Shown piece after piece: positions 47,217 to 55,565 of a stretch of 64,000 nucleotides of DNA. The notes under the pieces were generated by a model. The model saw only the letters and a list, made by a program, of their open reading frames with translations, did no database searches and was not told the origin of the DNA. Both the position numbers and the translations under genes were made by a program. Within the stretch, counting starts at the first letter, position 1; each line of letters opens with the position of its first letter. The stretch is from a bacterium (GTDB taxonomy: Bacteria > Zhuqueibacterota > Zhuqueibacteria > Oceanimicrobiales > Oceanimicrobiaceae), in NCBI GenBank assembly GCA_037446635.1, contig JBBIIG010000020.1:1-64000 (forward strand). Direction: 5' to 3'.

Positions 47217-47681
47217 ATGAGCGTGACTTCTAAAACAGAACAAGACTCCACAACCCGCCGCGGCTTCTTTAAGCATTTGGCGATGATCGGCGGCCTCATT
47301 TTGAGTTACGGCACCGGCGCGGTTTACGCCCTGCAATTTCTCTTGCCGAAAAAGAAAGCGATCAAGTACCGCCGAATGCTGGTAGCGTCTTTGAATGATT
47401 TGCCGCGCGACGGCAGCACCACCTTTAAAGACCTCGCCGGCCGCGAGATCGTGCTGGTCAACACCGAAAAAGGCCTGCGCGCCATCTCCACCACCTGCAC
47501 TCATCTCGGCTGCAAAGTTTACTGGGAGCCGGAAAACGTGCGCTTCTTTTGTCCCTGCCACGACGGCGTGTTTGACGTCAACGGCGGGGTGGTTTCCGGG
47601 CCGCCGCCGCGTTCGCTCGACAGTTATCAAGTCGAAGTAGATGAGAATGATAATGTGTTTGTGATGGTAAAAGAAAGCTGA
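47217..47681 (+). CDS. Rieske 2Fe-2S subunit, module 3
   Basis: TRRGFFK, CTHLGC, CPCHDG, GPPPRSL. Confidence 0.92.
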   Translation: MSVTSKTEQDSTTRRGFFKHLAMIGGLILSYGTGAVYALQFLLPKKKAIKYRRMLVASLNDLPRDGSTTFKDLAGREIVLVNTEKGLRAISTTCTHLGCKVYWEPENVRFFCPCHDGVFDVNGGVVSGPPPRSLDSYQVEVDENDNVFVMVKES

Positions 47682-47699
47682 AGCCGAACTTCAAATTCT

Positions 47700-47872
47700 C
47701 CTTCCCCCAATTCCGCTGTTTGGAATTGGGGGAGTCGGGAGGGGTCGGCGTGATCGATGATCAATAATCGACGATTGGATAAATTGACGATTCACAATTA
47801 GTCGTTCACCATCTACAATTAGCTGGGGAACAAATCAATTGTGAATTGTCAATTATCGAGCATCGATTCACA
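47700..47872. repeat. Two adjacent palindromic elements between Rieske and cytochrome b
   Basis: tcccccaattcc/ggaattggggga, then attgacgattcacaatt/aattgtgaattgtcaat. Confidence 0.65.
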
Positions 47873-47955
47873 AAACGCCCACCAAACAAAAGAGAGGCCA
47901 AAAGCGTCAAGTTCCGAAATGACATTTTATGTGTGTTCCAATGAACGGAGTCCCC

Positions 47956-49101
47956 ATGCAGAAACTCACTGCCGTCAAAGAATGGTTCGCTGAATCCTTC
48001 CCATTCGATCTCAACGTCCTCAAAGAAATTTCCAGCGAGCCCATACCCAATCATCTCAAACGCTGGTGGTTTGCCATTGGCGGCACCCCGCTGTATTTGT
48101 TCATCATTCAGGCTACCACCGGCATCGTGCTCACGTTTTACTACGTCCCCAATCCGGCGGAGGCGTTCAACAGCGTGGCGCACATCACCAGCGAAGTGCG
48201 CTTCGGCTGGTTCATCCGCAGTGTGCACCGCTGGTCGGCGCATCTGATGGTGCTCACCCTTTTTCTGCACATGATGCGCGTGTTCTTCACCTCGGCCTAT
48301 CGCCGGCCGCGCGAGTTCAACTGGATGATTGGCGTTGGCCTGTTGATGACCACGATGGGCTTCGGCTTCACCGGCTACTCGTTGATTTACGAGCAGCTCT
48401 CGTACTGGGCATCGGTGGTGGGCACGAACATCGCGGAAGCCACGCCGCTTATCGGCGGGATATTAGCCAATTTTATCCGCGGTGGGCCGGAAGTCGGCCC
48501 CAACACCCTCACGCGATTTTTCGTGCTGCACATCGGTGTGCTGCCCACGGTGATGGTGATTTTGTTGGGGCTGCACGTGGTGCAGGTGCGCTTGCACGGC
48601 GTCACGCGGCTGCGCTTCGAGGGCGATGAAACGCCGTCGGTGGAAGTGTCGCTGCGAGTGTCGGCGCCGGTGTCGCCGGTACGCTACCAGGGCAGCGAGT
48701 CGCGCGCCGCCAGCGAGGAAGAGAAAGTGAAGGAAGAGTCGTACCCATTTTATCCCGATCACTTTTACACCGAGCTGATCGTCGGCCTCACGCTGACGTT
48801 CATCCTCACGATTTTAGCGCTGGTCTATCCCGCGCACATGGGCGAGCCGGCCAATCCGTTTGTGACGCCCGAGCACATCAAACCCGAGTGGTATTTCTTT
48901 GCCATGTTCCGCTGGCTGAAGCTGACCTCGTTTCAGGTGGGCGTGGTGGGCACGATGTTCTTTTTGGGAATTCTGCTGGTGTGGCCGTTCATCGATCGTA
49001 TCTTTCAGAAACGCTTCCCCGGCCGCGACGTCAGCTTCTGGATCGGCGTCGTAGGCTTCCTCATCTTTTTGACGTTCACGGTTTGGGAAGCCATGGTGTA
49101 A
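47956..49101 (+). CDS. Cytochrome b (fused b6 + subunit IV), module 3
   Basis: WWFAIGG, RSVHRWSAH, LHMMRVF, RFFVLH, HIKPEWYF; start set at ATG 47956. Confidence 0.93.
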   Translation: MQKLTAVKEWFAESFPFDLNVLKEISSEPIPNHLKRWWFAIGGTPLYLFIIQATTGIVLTFYYVPNPAEAFNSVAHITSEVRFGWFIRSVHRWSAHLMVLTLFLHMMRVFFTSAYRRPREFNWMIGVGLLMTTMGFGFTGYSLIYEQLSYWASVVGTNIAEATPLIGGILANFIRGGPEVGPNTLTRFFVLHIGVLPTVMVILLGLHVVQVRLHGVTRLRFEGDETPSVEVSLRVSAPVSPVRYQGSESRAASEEEKVKEESYPFYPDHFYTELIVGLTLTFILTILALVYPAHMGEPANPFVTPEHIKPEWYFFAMFRWLKLTSFQVGVVGTMFFLGILLVWPFIDRIFQKRFPGRDVSFWIGVVGFLIFLTFTVWEAMV

Positions 49102-49159
49102 CCCAACGTTTTCGTTAGGTGGATGTTTTGTTGGGTTAGCGAGGTATGTGCGAAATCGA

Positions 49160-49385
49160 AGTGGTGTTGGAGTAATGGAGTGGTGGATCAATGTAACGCA
49201 AACGTTTCGTTTGCGATTTGTTAGATAACGACTCACTTTGGGAAGCGCGGTTGGTATTCGAAGCGGAGTGTTAGAGTATTGGAGTGATGGAGTAATGTAA
49301 CTCAAGGCTCCGCTTTGAGATGCAAACCAGAGGTTTGCGTTACGATCCATTGATCCATCACTCCATTACTCCAACACTCCAACAC
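49160..49385. repeat. REPIN-like element copy within TGGAGT-repeat arms
   Basis: tgtaactcaaggctccgctttgagatgcaaaccagaggtttgcgttacga. Confidence 0.8.
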
Positions 49386-49447
49386 TTCAATCGCTCGAAC
49401 AGATTCAGAAACACGAAAACTGAAAATAGGTAAGGAGGCAACCCATC

Positions 49448-50944
49448 ATGATATCGCTTGATACGAAACGCATTATCATCGCGGGGCTCAGTTTCTTTCT
49501 ACTGGCCGCGCTGCTGATCGTGGGGTACATCGAAGGCAAAAAGCAGATTCCCGGCGCCAAGCCGGCCATCGTGGTTTCCGATGAGAACAAAAAGTGCATC
49601 GAGTGCCACTCGCAGCAGAGCAACGCCACCACGCTGGTGGCGCAGTGGAAAGAGAGCCAGCACGCCATCAAAGGCGTCGGCTGTTTGGAGTGCCACGGCG
49701 CCGAGGCCGGCGACATCGATGCGTTCGATCATTACAAGCACACCATCGCCACCATTGTTTCGCCGAAAGATTGCTCGCGCTGTCACAAAAAAGAGTTCGC
49801 GGAGTTTCAGCGCAGCCACCACGCGCAGGGCGGCAAAATTCTCGGCTCGCTGGATAACGTGCTGGCGGAGGTGGTGGCCGGCAGCGTGATGCACGGCAAT
49901 CCGGTGGCGGTGAGCGGCTGCAAACAGTGCCACGGCTCGGTGGTGGATTTTGTGCGCGACGAAAACGGCAACGTGATGAAAGACCGCAATGGCATCGTGA
50001 TGATCGATCCCGAAACCTGGCCCAACACCGGCATCGGGCGCGTCAACCCGGACGGCAGCCTCGGTTCCTGCGCCGCCTGCCACAATCGCCACTACTTTTC
50101 GGTGGCGCAGGCGCGCGAGCCGGACGACTGCGGCAAGTGCCACCTCGGTCCCGATCATCCGCAGTACGAAATTTACCGCGAGTCGAAACATGGCATCAAT
50201 TTCATCGCTCATAAAGAAGACATGAATCTGGCGGTGCGGCCGTGGGTGGTCGGCAAAGATTACATCGCCGCGCCAACTTGCGCCAGTTGCCACATGAGTG
50301 CAACCCCCAATCAGAGCGTGACTCACGACGTCGGTGAGCGCATCAGTTGGACGCTGCGCCCGGCGATCTCCGAGCGCATCGACGCGTCGGACCTCAAAGC
50401 CGGCAAAGAAACCATTCCCTGGGAAAAGCGCCGCGAGAACATGCAGGACGTGTGCTTTCAGTGCCACAGCAAACAGTACGTGCAGAATTTTTACAAACAG
50501 TATGACGACGTGGTGAATTTGTACAACGAAAAATTTGGCAAGCCCGCGACGGCGATTTACAAAAAGTTGAAAGAAGCTGAACTGATCACTCCCGACGTCG
50601 AATTTGATGACGAGTTCGAGTGGACCTATTATTACCTCTGGCATCACGAAGGCCGGCGGGCGCGCATGGGCGCCGCGATGATGGGACCCGATTACACCCA
50701 GTGGCACGGCATGTTCGAAGTGGCAGATCGTTTTTATGTGGAGTTTGTGCCGCAGGTCCGGCATTTGATTGCGGAAGGCAAAACCAACGGCAAGGCTGCC
50801 GGCGCCCGCGAAGTGGAAGCGCTGTTAAACGAGGTTTTAAATTCGGATTGGCACAAGTGGTCGGTTGGCAAAATGAGCGCCGAAGAAAAAGCGGCGCGCC
50901 AGAAAGCGCGGGAAGAGTTTAAGAAGCGGTACGCGGGAGATTGA
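49448..50944 (+). CDS. Membrane-anchored octaheme HAO-like cytochrome c (epsilon-Hao-like, probably reductive)
   Basis: 8 CxxCH, WPNTGIGRVNPDGSLGSCAACH, CHLGPDHPQYEIY.ESKHG, WHHEGRRARMGAAMMGPDYTQWHG. Confidence 0.88.
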   Translation: MISLDTKRIIIAGLSFFLLAALLIVGYIEGKKQIPGAKPAIVVSDENKKCIECHSQQSNATTLVAQWKESQHAIKGVGCLECHGAEAGDIDAFDHYKHTIATIVSPKDCSRCHKKEFAEFQRSHHAQGGKILGSLDNVLAEVVAGSVMHGNPVAVSGCKQCHGSVVDFVRDENGNVMKDRNGIVMIDPETWPNTGIGRVNPDGSLGSCAACHNRHYFSVAQAREPDDCGKCHLGPDHPQYEIYRESKHGINFIAHKEDMNLAVRPWVVGKDYIAAPTCASCHMSATPNQSVTHDVGERISWTLRPAISERIDASDLKAGKETIPWEKRRENMQDVCFQCHSKQYVQNFYKQYDDVVNLYNEKFGKPATAIYKKLKEAELITPDVEFDDEFEWTYYYLWHHEGRRARMGAAMMGPDYTQWHGMFEVADRFYVEFVPQVRHLIAEGKTNGKAAGAREVEALLNEVLNSDWHKWSVGKMSAEEKAARQKAREEFKKRYAGD

Positions 50945-51369
50945 TAAAGATGGAGGATAGAAAATTGAAGTTTGTAGTGAACGCATTTATGCGTTCCCTG
51001 CCTGCATTGCTCCTCTGTGCGATAGCTTGTAACAAGCCAATGCCCCCCGACGCGCTGACCATCACGGCTGAGCAAGTCCACACGATTTTAGAACGCAAGG
51101 ACGATGTGCTGTTGCTGGACGTCCGCACGCCGCAGGAATTCAACGGCGCGCTGGGGCATCTTCCCAACGCCCAGCTCATTCCGGTACAGGAATTGGAGTC
51201 GCGCTTTGAAGAATTAGAACCCTATAAAGATAAAGAGATCGTCGTTTACTGTCGCAGCGGCAACCGCAGCAGCCGCGCCGTCACTTTTCTTTCTCAACAA
51301 GGATTCAAGGTGAAGAATATGACCGGTGGGATGTTGGAGTGGCGGAAACGGTTCGGTGAAGCGGATTAA
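50941..51369 (+). CDS. Rhodanese-like domain protein, probable lipoprotein (start uncertain)
   Basis: AIAC lipobox-like, LDVRTPQEF, YCRSGNRS, GGMLEW. Confidence 0.85.
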   Translation: MIKMEDRKLKFVVNAFMRSLPALLLCAIACNKPMPPDALTITAEQVHTILERKDDVLLLDVRTPQEFNGALGHLPNAQLIPVQELESRFEELEPYKDKEIVVYCRSGNRSSRAVTFLSQQGFKVKNMTGGMLEWRKRFGEAD

Positions 51370-51470
51370 TGGATTGATGGATCAATGGATCCATGGGCGC
51401 GTTCGTGGAGCGAAGAGCGTAGAGCGAAACAATAACATTCATTGATCCATTAATCCAGTAATCCATTTGA
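51360..51470. repeat. TGGATT/AATCCA hairpin element
   Basis: ggattaatggattgatggatcaatgg ... cattgatccattaatcc. Confidence 0.75.
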
Positions 51471-51484
51471 CTGGTTAGAATAAA

Positions 51485-52297
51485 ATGCAAATCGATGGTT
51501 GGCTTAGATATTTAGTACCGAGAGAACACGGCGCGTGGGCGATGTGGCTGCTGCCGTTCGTCATCGGCGCGGTGGCGGCTGGAAATTGGACGAGCGCCAC
51601 ATGGCGGCTCTTGATCGCGTGTTTGCTGATCTTCGCTGCTCGCACCGCATTGGGGTCGGCGATTCGGATGCGCCGAAGAAATGGGACGATTTCCATTAAT
51701 TGCACATTGGCTGGCATGGCCGAGAGTTTGATTGCCTTGGTGTGCGCGTGGCCGCTGATCATCGACGGCAATCGTATTCTGCTATTGCTCGGCGCGGCAG
51801 CTTTCGTCCTTTTTATAGTGGATTTGCTATGGATCAAAGATCGCAGCGAGCGCACCGTAAGCGCCGAAATTCTCGGCGTGGCCGGGTTCACGTTGACCGC
51901 ACCGGCGGCCTACATTGTCAGTGGGGGCCCTTCCGGTCTGAACGCGCTGGTTCTTTGGCTGGTGGTTTTTGGCTTCTTCGCCGGTTCTATTTTTCATGTC
52001 AAACTCCGACTCGCCCGGTTAGGCAATAAAGGAGACGAGGAAAATAATCGAGCACAAAAATATGAGCGGTGGGCGATTGTTTATGTGATTGCCATTTCTG
52101 CGATCACCATTTTGATTTCGATGCTGCGATGGGCGCCCGGCTGGTTGATCGCGGCTTTCGTGCCGTGGATTATTCACATCCTTTGGGATGTGTTTAACTT
52201 TCGTCCTCAGAAAAACCTCTATCGTGTTGGTTGGACGCTGGTAGCGCATTCGCTGTTTTTTACAGGGATGGTTTCGCTGATCTTTGCATTGAACTAA
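51485..52297 (+). CDS. YwiC-like membrane protein
   Basis: PREHGAWAM N-terminal motif, multiple TM. Confidence 0.8.
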   Translation: MQIDGWLRYLVPREHGAWAMWLLPFVIGAVAAGNWTSATWRLLIACLLIFAARTALGSAIRMRRRNGTISINCTLAGMAESLIALVCAWPLIIDGNRILLLLGAAAFVLFIVDLLWIKDRSERTVSAEILGVAGFTLTAPAAYIVSGGPSGLNALVLWLVVFGFFAGSIFHVKLRLARLGNKGDEENNRAQKYERWAIVYVIAISAITILISMLRWAPGWLIAAFVPWIIHILWDVFNFRPQKNLYRVGWTLVAHSLFFTGMVSLIFALN

Positions 52298-52464
52298 CTA
52301 ATCCTAAGCAATGCTCGACAAAGGATTTGTATTCCTTGTTGGAGCGTTATGTGAGGAATTAAAATCCCTTCTCAGAGCACGAAGAAAAAAGTGCCACGCA
52401 CTTCAAAAGTGTTTGGCACTTCGCACTGACACTCCAAACTAAAATCATATCCGGAGGTTTTATC

Positions 52465-54807
52465 ATGAAATTTTCTCGTCGTGAATTTCTAAAACACACC
52501 GCAGCCGCCACGGCTTATGCTTCGCTGCCCATCACTCTCTTCAACTGCTCCAACGGCAGCTCGGCGTTTCCGGAAAAAGTCGAGTTAGATCCAAGCTTGA
52601 AGTGGGACAAAGCGCCGTGCCGATTTTGCGGCACGGGCTGCGGCGTGATGGTGGGGGTGAAAGACGGCAAGATCGTCGCGGTGCAGGGCGACCAACTGAG
52701 TCCGGTCAATAAAGGCTTGCTGTGCATCAAAGGTTACAGTTTGCCCGGCATTCTTTACGGCGAAGACCGGCTCACTAAACCGTTGATTCGCAGTAACGGC
52801 AAGTTTAAAGAAGCATCGTGGGAGGAGGCGCTGGATTTGGTGGCCGGCAAATACAAGGAAGCGCTGGAAAAATTTGGCCCCGAAGCCGTGGCCATTTACG
52901 GCTCCGGCCAGTGGACCATCACCGATGGCTATGCGGCGCTCAAATGGTTCAAGGCGGGTCTTGGCTCGAACAACATTGAGGGCAACGCCCGGCTGTGCAT
53001 GGCCAGCGCCGTGAGCGGCTTTATCACCACTTTCGGCGCGGACGAACCCATGGGCTGCTACGACGACTTCGAAAAAGCCGACGCCTTTGTGCTGTGGGGC
53101 AACAACATGGCTGAGATGCACCCGGTGCTGTTTTCGCGAATTCTCGAGCGCAAACGCACGGCGCCGTGGGTGCAGATCGTCGATATTGCCACACGACGTA
53201 CGCCCACCACCGAGTTTGCCACCATGCATTTGTCGATGGAGCCGCAGTCGGACCTGGCGCTGGCCAACGCCATCGCGCGCATCATCATCAACAGCGAGCG
53301 CTACGATCGCGATTTCATCAACAAACATTGTCTCTTCCAACGCGGCAAAGAAAACATCGGCTACGGCCTCGAAGACAATTTCCAATTTCAGGAAGAGCCG
53401 AAATCTATTTCGTTTGACGAATACAAAAGCTACGTGCAGAAATACACGCCGGAATATGTCGAAAAAATCTCCGGCCTCCCGGCGGGAAAAATCCGGCAGC
53501 TGGCGGAAATTTACGCCGACAAATTCACCAAAGTGGTGTCGCTCTGGTGCATGGGATTCAACCAGCACAATCGCGGCACCTGGATCAACAACCTCGTTTA
53601 TAACCTGCACCTGCTCACTGGCAAAATTTGCCAGCCCGGCAGCAATCCGCTCTCGCTTACTGGTCAGCCCAGCGCCTGCGGCACCGTGCGCGAAGTGGGC
53701 ACGCTGTGTCATCGCCTGCCGGCGGACATGGTGGTCACCAACCCCGAGCACCGCGCCAAAGCCGCAAAAATCTGGAACGTACCGGTGGAGAAAATCAATC
53801 CCAAGCCCGGATACAACACCGTGGAGATGTTCCGCGCCTTTGACCGCGGCGACATCAAAGTTTTGTGGACGCAAACCACCAACCCGATGGTGACCATGCC
53901 GAATCTCATCCGCTACCGCACAGGCGCGCAAAAAGAAGGACGCTTCCTCGTGGTGTCGGATGTTTACCCGACGCCCACCACCGAGATTGCGGACGTGGTG
54001 CTGCCGGCCGCGATGTGGGTGGAGCGCGAGGGCTTCTTCGGCAACACCGAACGCCGCACGCAGCACTGGCACAAAATGGTGGAACCACCGGGCGAGGCGC
54101 GTCCCGATTCCTGGCAAACCGTGCAGGTAGCAAAACGTTTGGGATACGGCTATCTCTTTCCTTATAATGAAGCCACGCTGGACAAAGAGCTATTTGAAGA
54201 ATACCGACTTTTTACCCTCGGCACGGGACACGACCTCGCCACCTACGAGCAGTTGCTGGCAGCGCGCGGCTTGCGCTGGCCAGTGGTGAACGGCCGCGAG
54301 ACGCCGTACCGCTACACCGCGAAATATGATCCGTTCGTGGCCAAAGGCAAGGAGATTGATTTTTACGCCAACAAAGCCAACGGCCACAAAGCTGTGATCT
54401 GGGCGCGCCCCTACGAACCCGCGCCAGAAGTTCCGGATGCCGAATATCCGTTCTGGCTCACCACCGGCCGCGTTTTGGAACACTGGCACACCGGCAGCAT
54501 CACCCGCCGCGTGCCGCATTTGCATCGCGCGGTGCCAGAGGCGTATGTGGAGTTGAATCCGGAAGACGCAGCGGAATTGGGAATTCAAAACGGGGAGAAA
54601 GTGCGCATTCGTTCGCGCCGCGGCGCCATTGAATTGAAAGTCGTGCTGAACGGCAAAGGCTCGCCGCGCCGGGGCTCGGTGTTCGTGCCGTTCTTCGATG
54701 AGAGCAAACTCATCAACGAGCTGACGCTGGATTCGTATTGCCCCATTTCCAAGCAGCCGGATTACAAAAAGTGCGCGGTGAAGATTGAGAAGCTGCAAGC
54801 GATATAG
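52465..54807 (+). CDS. napA: Periplasmic nitrate reductase catalytic subunit
   Basis: SRREFLK Tat signal, APCRFCGTGC, GSGQWT, NARLCMASA, NMAEMHP, SLTGQPSACGT, LEHWHTG, CPISKQPDYKKCAVK. Confidence 0.93.
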   Translation: MKFSRREFLKHTAAATAYASLPITLFNCSNGSSAFPEKVELDPSLKWDKAPCRFCGTGCGVMVGVKDGKIVAVQGDQLSPVNKGLLCIKGYSLPGILYGEDRLTKPLIRSNGKFKEASWEEALDLVAGKYKEALEKFGPEAVAIYGSGQWTITDGYAALKWFKAGLGSNNIEGNARLCMASAVSGFITTFGADEPMGCYDDFEKADAFVLWGNNMAEMHPVLFSRILERKRTAPWVQIVDIATRRTPTTEFATMHLSMEPQSDLALANAIARIIINSERYDRDFINKHCLFQRGKENIGYGLEDNFQFQEEPKSISFDEYKSYVQKYTPEYVEKISGLPAGKIRQLAEIYADKFTKVVSLWCMGFNQHNRGTWINNLVYNLHLLTGKICQPGSNPLSLTGQPSACGTVREVGTLCHRLPADMVVTNPEHRAKAAKIWNVPVEKINPKPGYNTVEMFRAFDRGDIKVLWTQTTNPMVTMPNLIRYRTGAQKEGRFLVVSDVYPTPTTEIADVVLPAAMWVEREGFFGNTERRTQHWHKMVEPPGEARPDSWQTVQVAKRLGYGYLFPYNEATLDKELFEEYRLFTLGTGHDLATYEQLLAARGLRWPVVNGRETPYRYTAKYDPFVAKGKEIDFYANKANGHKAVIWARPYEPAPEVPDAEYPFWLTTGRVLEHWHTGSITRRVPHLHRAVPEAYVELNPEDAAELGIQNGEKVRIRSRRGAIELKVVLNGKGSPRRGSVFVPFFDESKLINELTLDSYCPISKQPDYKKCAVKIEKLQAI

Positions 54808-54810
54808 AAT

Positions 54811-54970
54811 CCCCCTTCCGCGAAGCGGATCCGCTGGGGCGGAAAATCCCCTTTTGCCAAAGGGGGACTTTGTTGAGTCACTTTTGTTGAAAACTGTGGA
54901 AAAGCCAAGCCCTTTTAGATGTTCTCTGCAATCGCAGTCCCCTCCTTTGAAAAAGGAGGGACAGGGAGGA
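54811..54970. repeat. Composite palindromic element between napA and napB
   Basis: TTCCGCGAAGCGGATCCGCTGGGGCGGAA plus CCCCTTT/AAAGGGG hairpins. Confidence 0.75.
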
Positions 54971-55031
54971 TTGCTTTTTGCCAAACGATTGTGCTATTGA
55001 ATCCCCCTAGCTTTTCGAGCGAGGTTCACAA

Positions 55032-55535
55032 ATGAAAAACTTTTTTTTGATGTTGAGCGGTGCTCTACTGCTTACCTATTGCGCCAAAGACAAAAATTCC
55101 AATTACGGCAACTACACCCGCGCCGAGCTGCGCTACTACGCCTACGCCCCACCGTTCATTCCGCACGAGGTGGTGAACAACGAGTGCCTCGATTGCCACG
55201 CGCAGGGGATGGTAGTGGAGGGTTTCACCGCGAAAGTCACGCCGCACCCGGAGTTGGTGAACTGCCAGCAGTGCCACATCCGCGCGGATGATAAAATCAA
55301 AACATTTCGGCGCAACACCTTTGTTGGACTGGCGGAACCAAAGGCCCTGCCGCGGCCGCAGCCCGCGGGGCCGCCGCTGATACCGCACCGTCTGTTCATG
55401 CGCGAAAACTGTCTGATTTGCCACCACGACCGGAGCCGGAAGGAGATCATTCAAACAACTCATCCGCAGCGGTTGAATTGCCAGCAATGTCACGTGCCGC
55501 AAAATGAGCAGATCGATTTGTTCGGATCCAAATGA
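55032..55535 (+). CDS. napB: NapB-like cytochrome c lipoprotein with duplicated diheme domain (4 CxxCH)
   Basis: PPFIPH...CLDCH...CQQCH and PPLIPH...CLICH...CQQCHVPQ; follows napA. Confidence 0.75.
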   Translation: MKNFFLMLSGALLLTYCAKDKNSNYGNYTRAELRYYAYAPPFIPHEVVNNECLDCHAQGMVVEGFTAKVTPHPELVNCQQCHIRADDKIKTFRRNTFVGLAEPKALPRPQPAGPPLIPHRLFMRENCLICHHDRSRKEIIQTTHPQRLNCQQCHVPQNEQIDLFGSK

Positions 55536-55562
55536 GACTCATCTTAAAGATGAGTCTCATTT
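55530..55562. terminator. Perfect 33-bp palindrome between convergent napB and larC (bidirectional terminator-like)
   Basis: AAATGAGACTCATCTT-A-AAGATGAGTCTCATTT. Confidence 0.6.
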
Positions 55563-55565
55563 TTC

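Noticed and set aside
48630..48720. Long linker in cytochrome b module 3 as another in-frame repeat insertion
   Set aside because: Only a weak 7-bp inverted repeat, no match to the repeat families, and it lies at the naturally variable b6/subunit IV junction
17610..50944. Anammox or aerobic ammonia oxidation
   Set aside because: No hydrazine synthase or amo genes seen; the HAO-like proteins look like the non-cross-linked type
52585..54117. Long minus-strand ORFs opposite napA, and similarly 49499-50764 and 45780-46823
   Set aside because: Antisense shadows of well-supported genes, expected from codon bias
54785..55000. Small ORFs over intergenic repeats (also 63252-63434, 45269-45640, 4157-4351)
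   Set aside because: Translations of palindromic repeat DNA with no coding evidence
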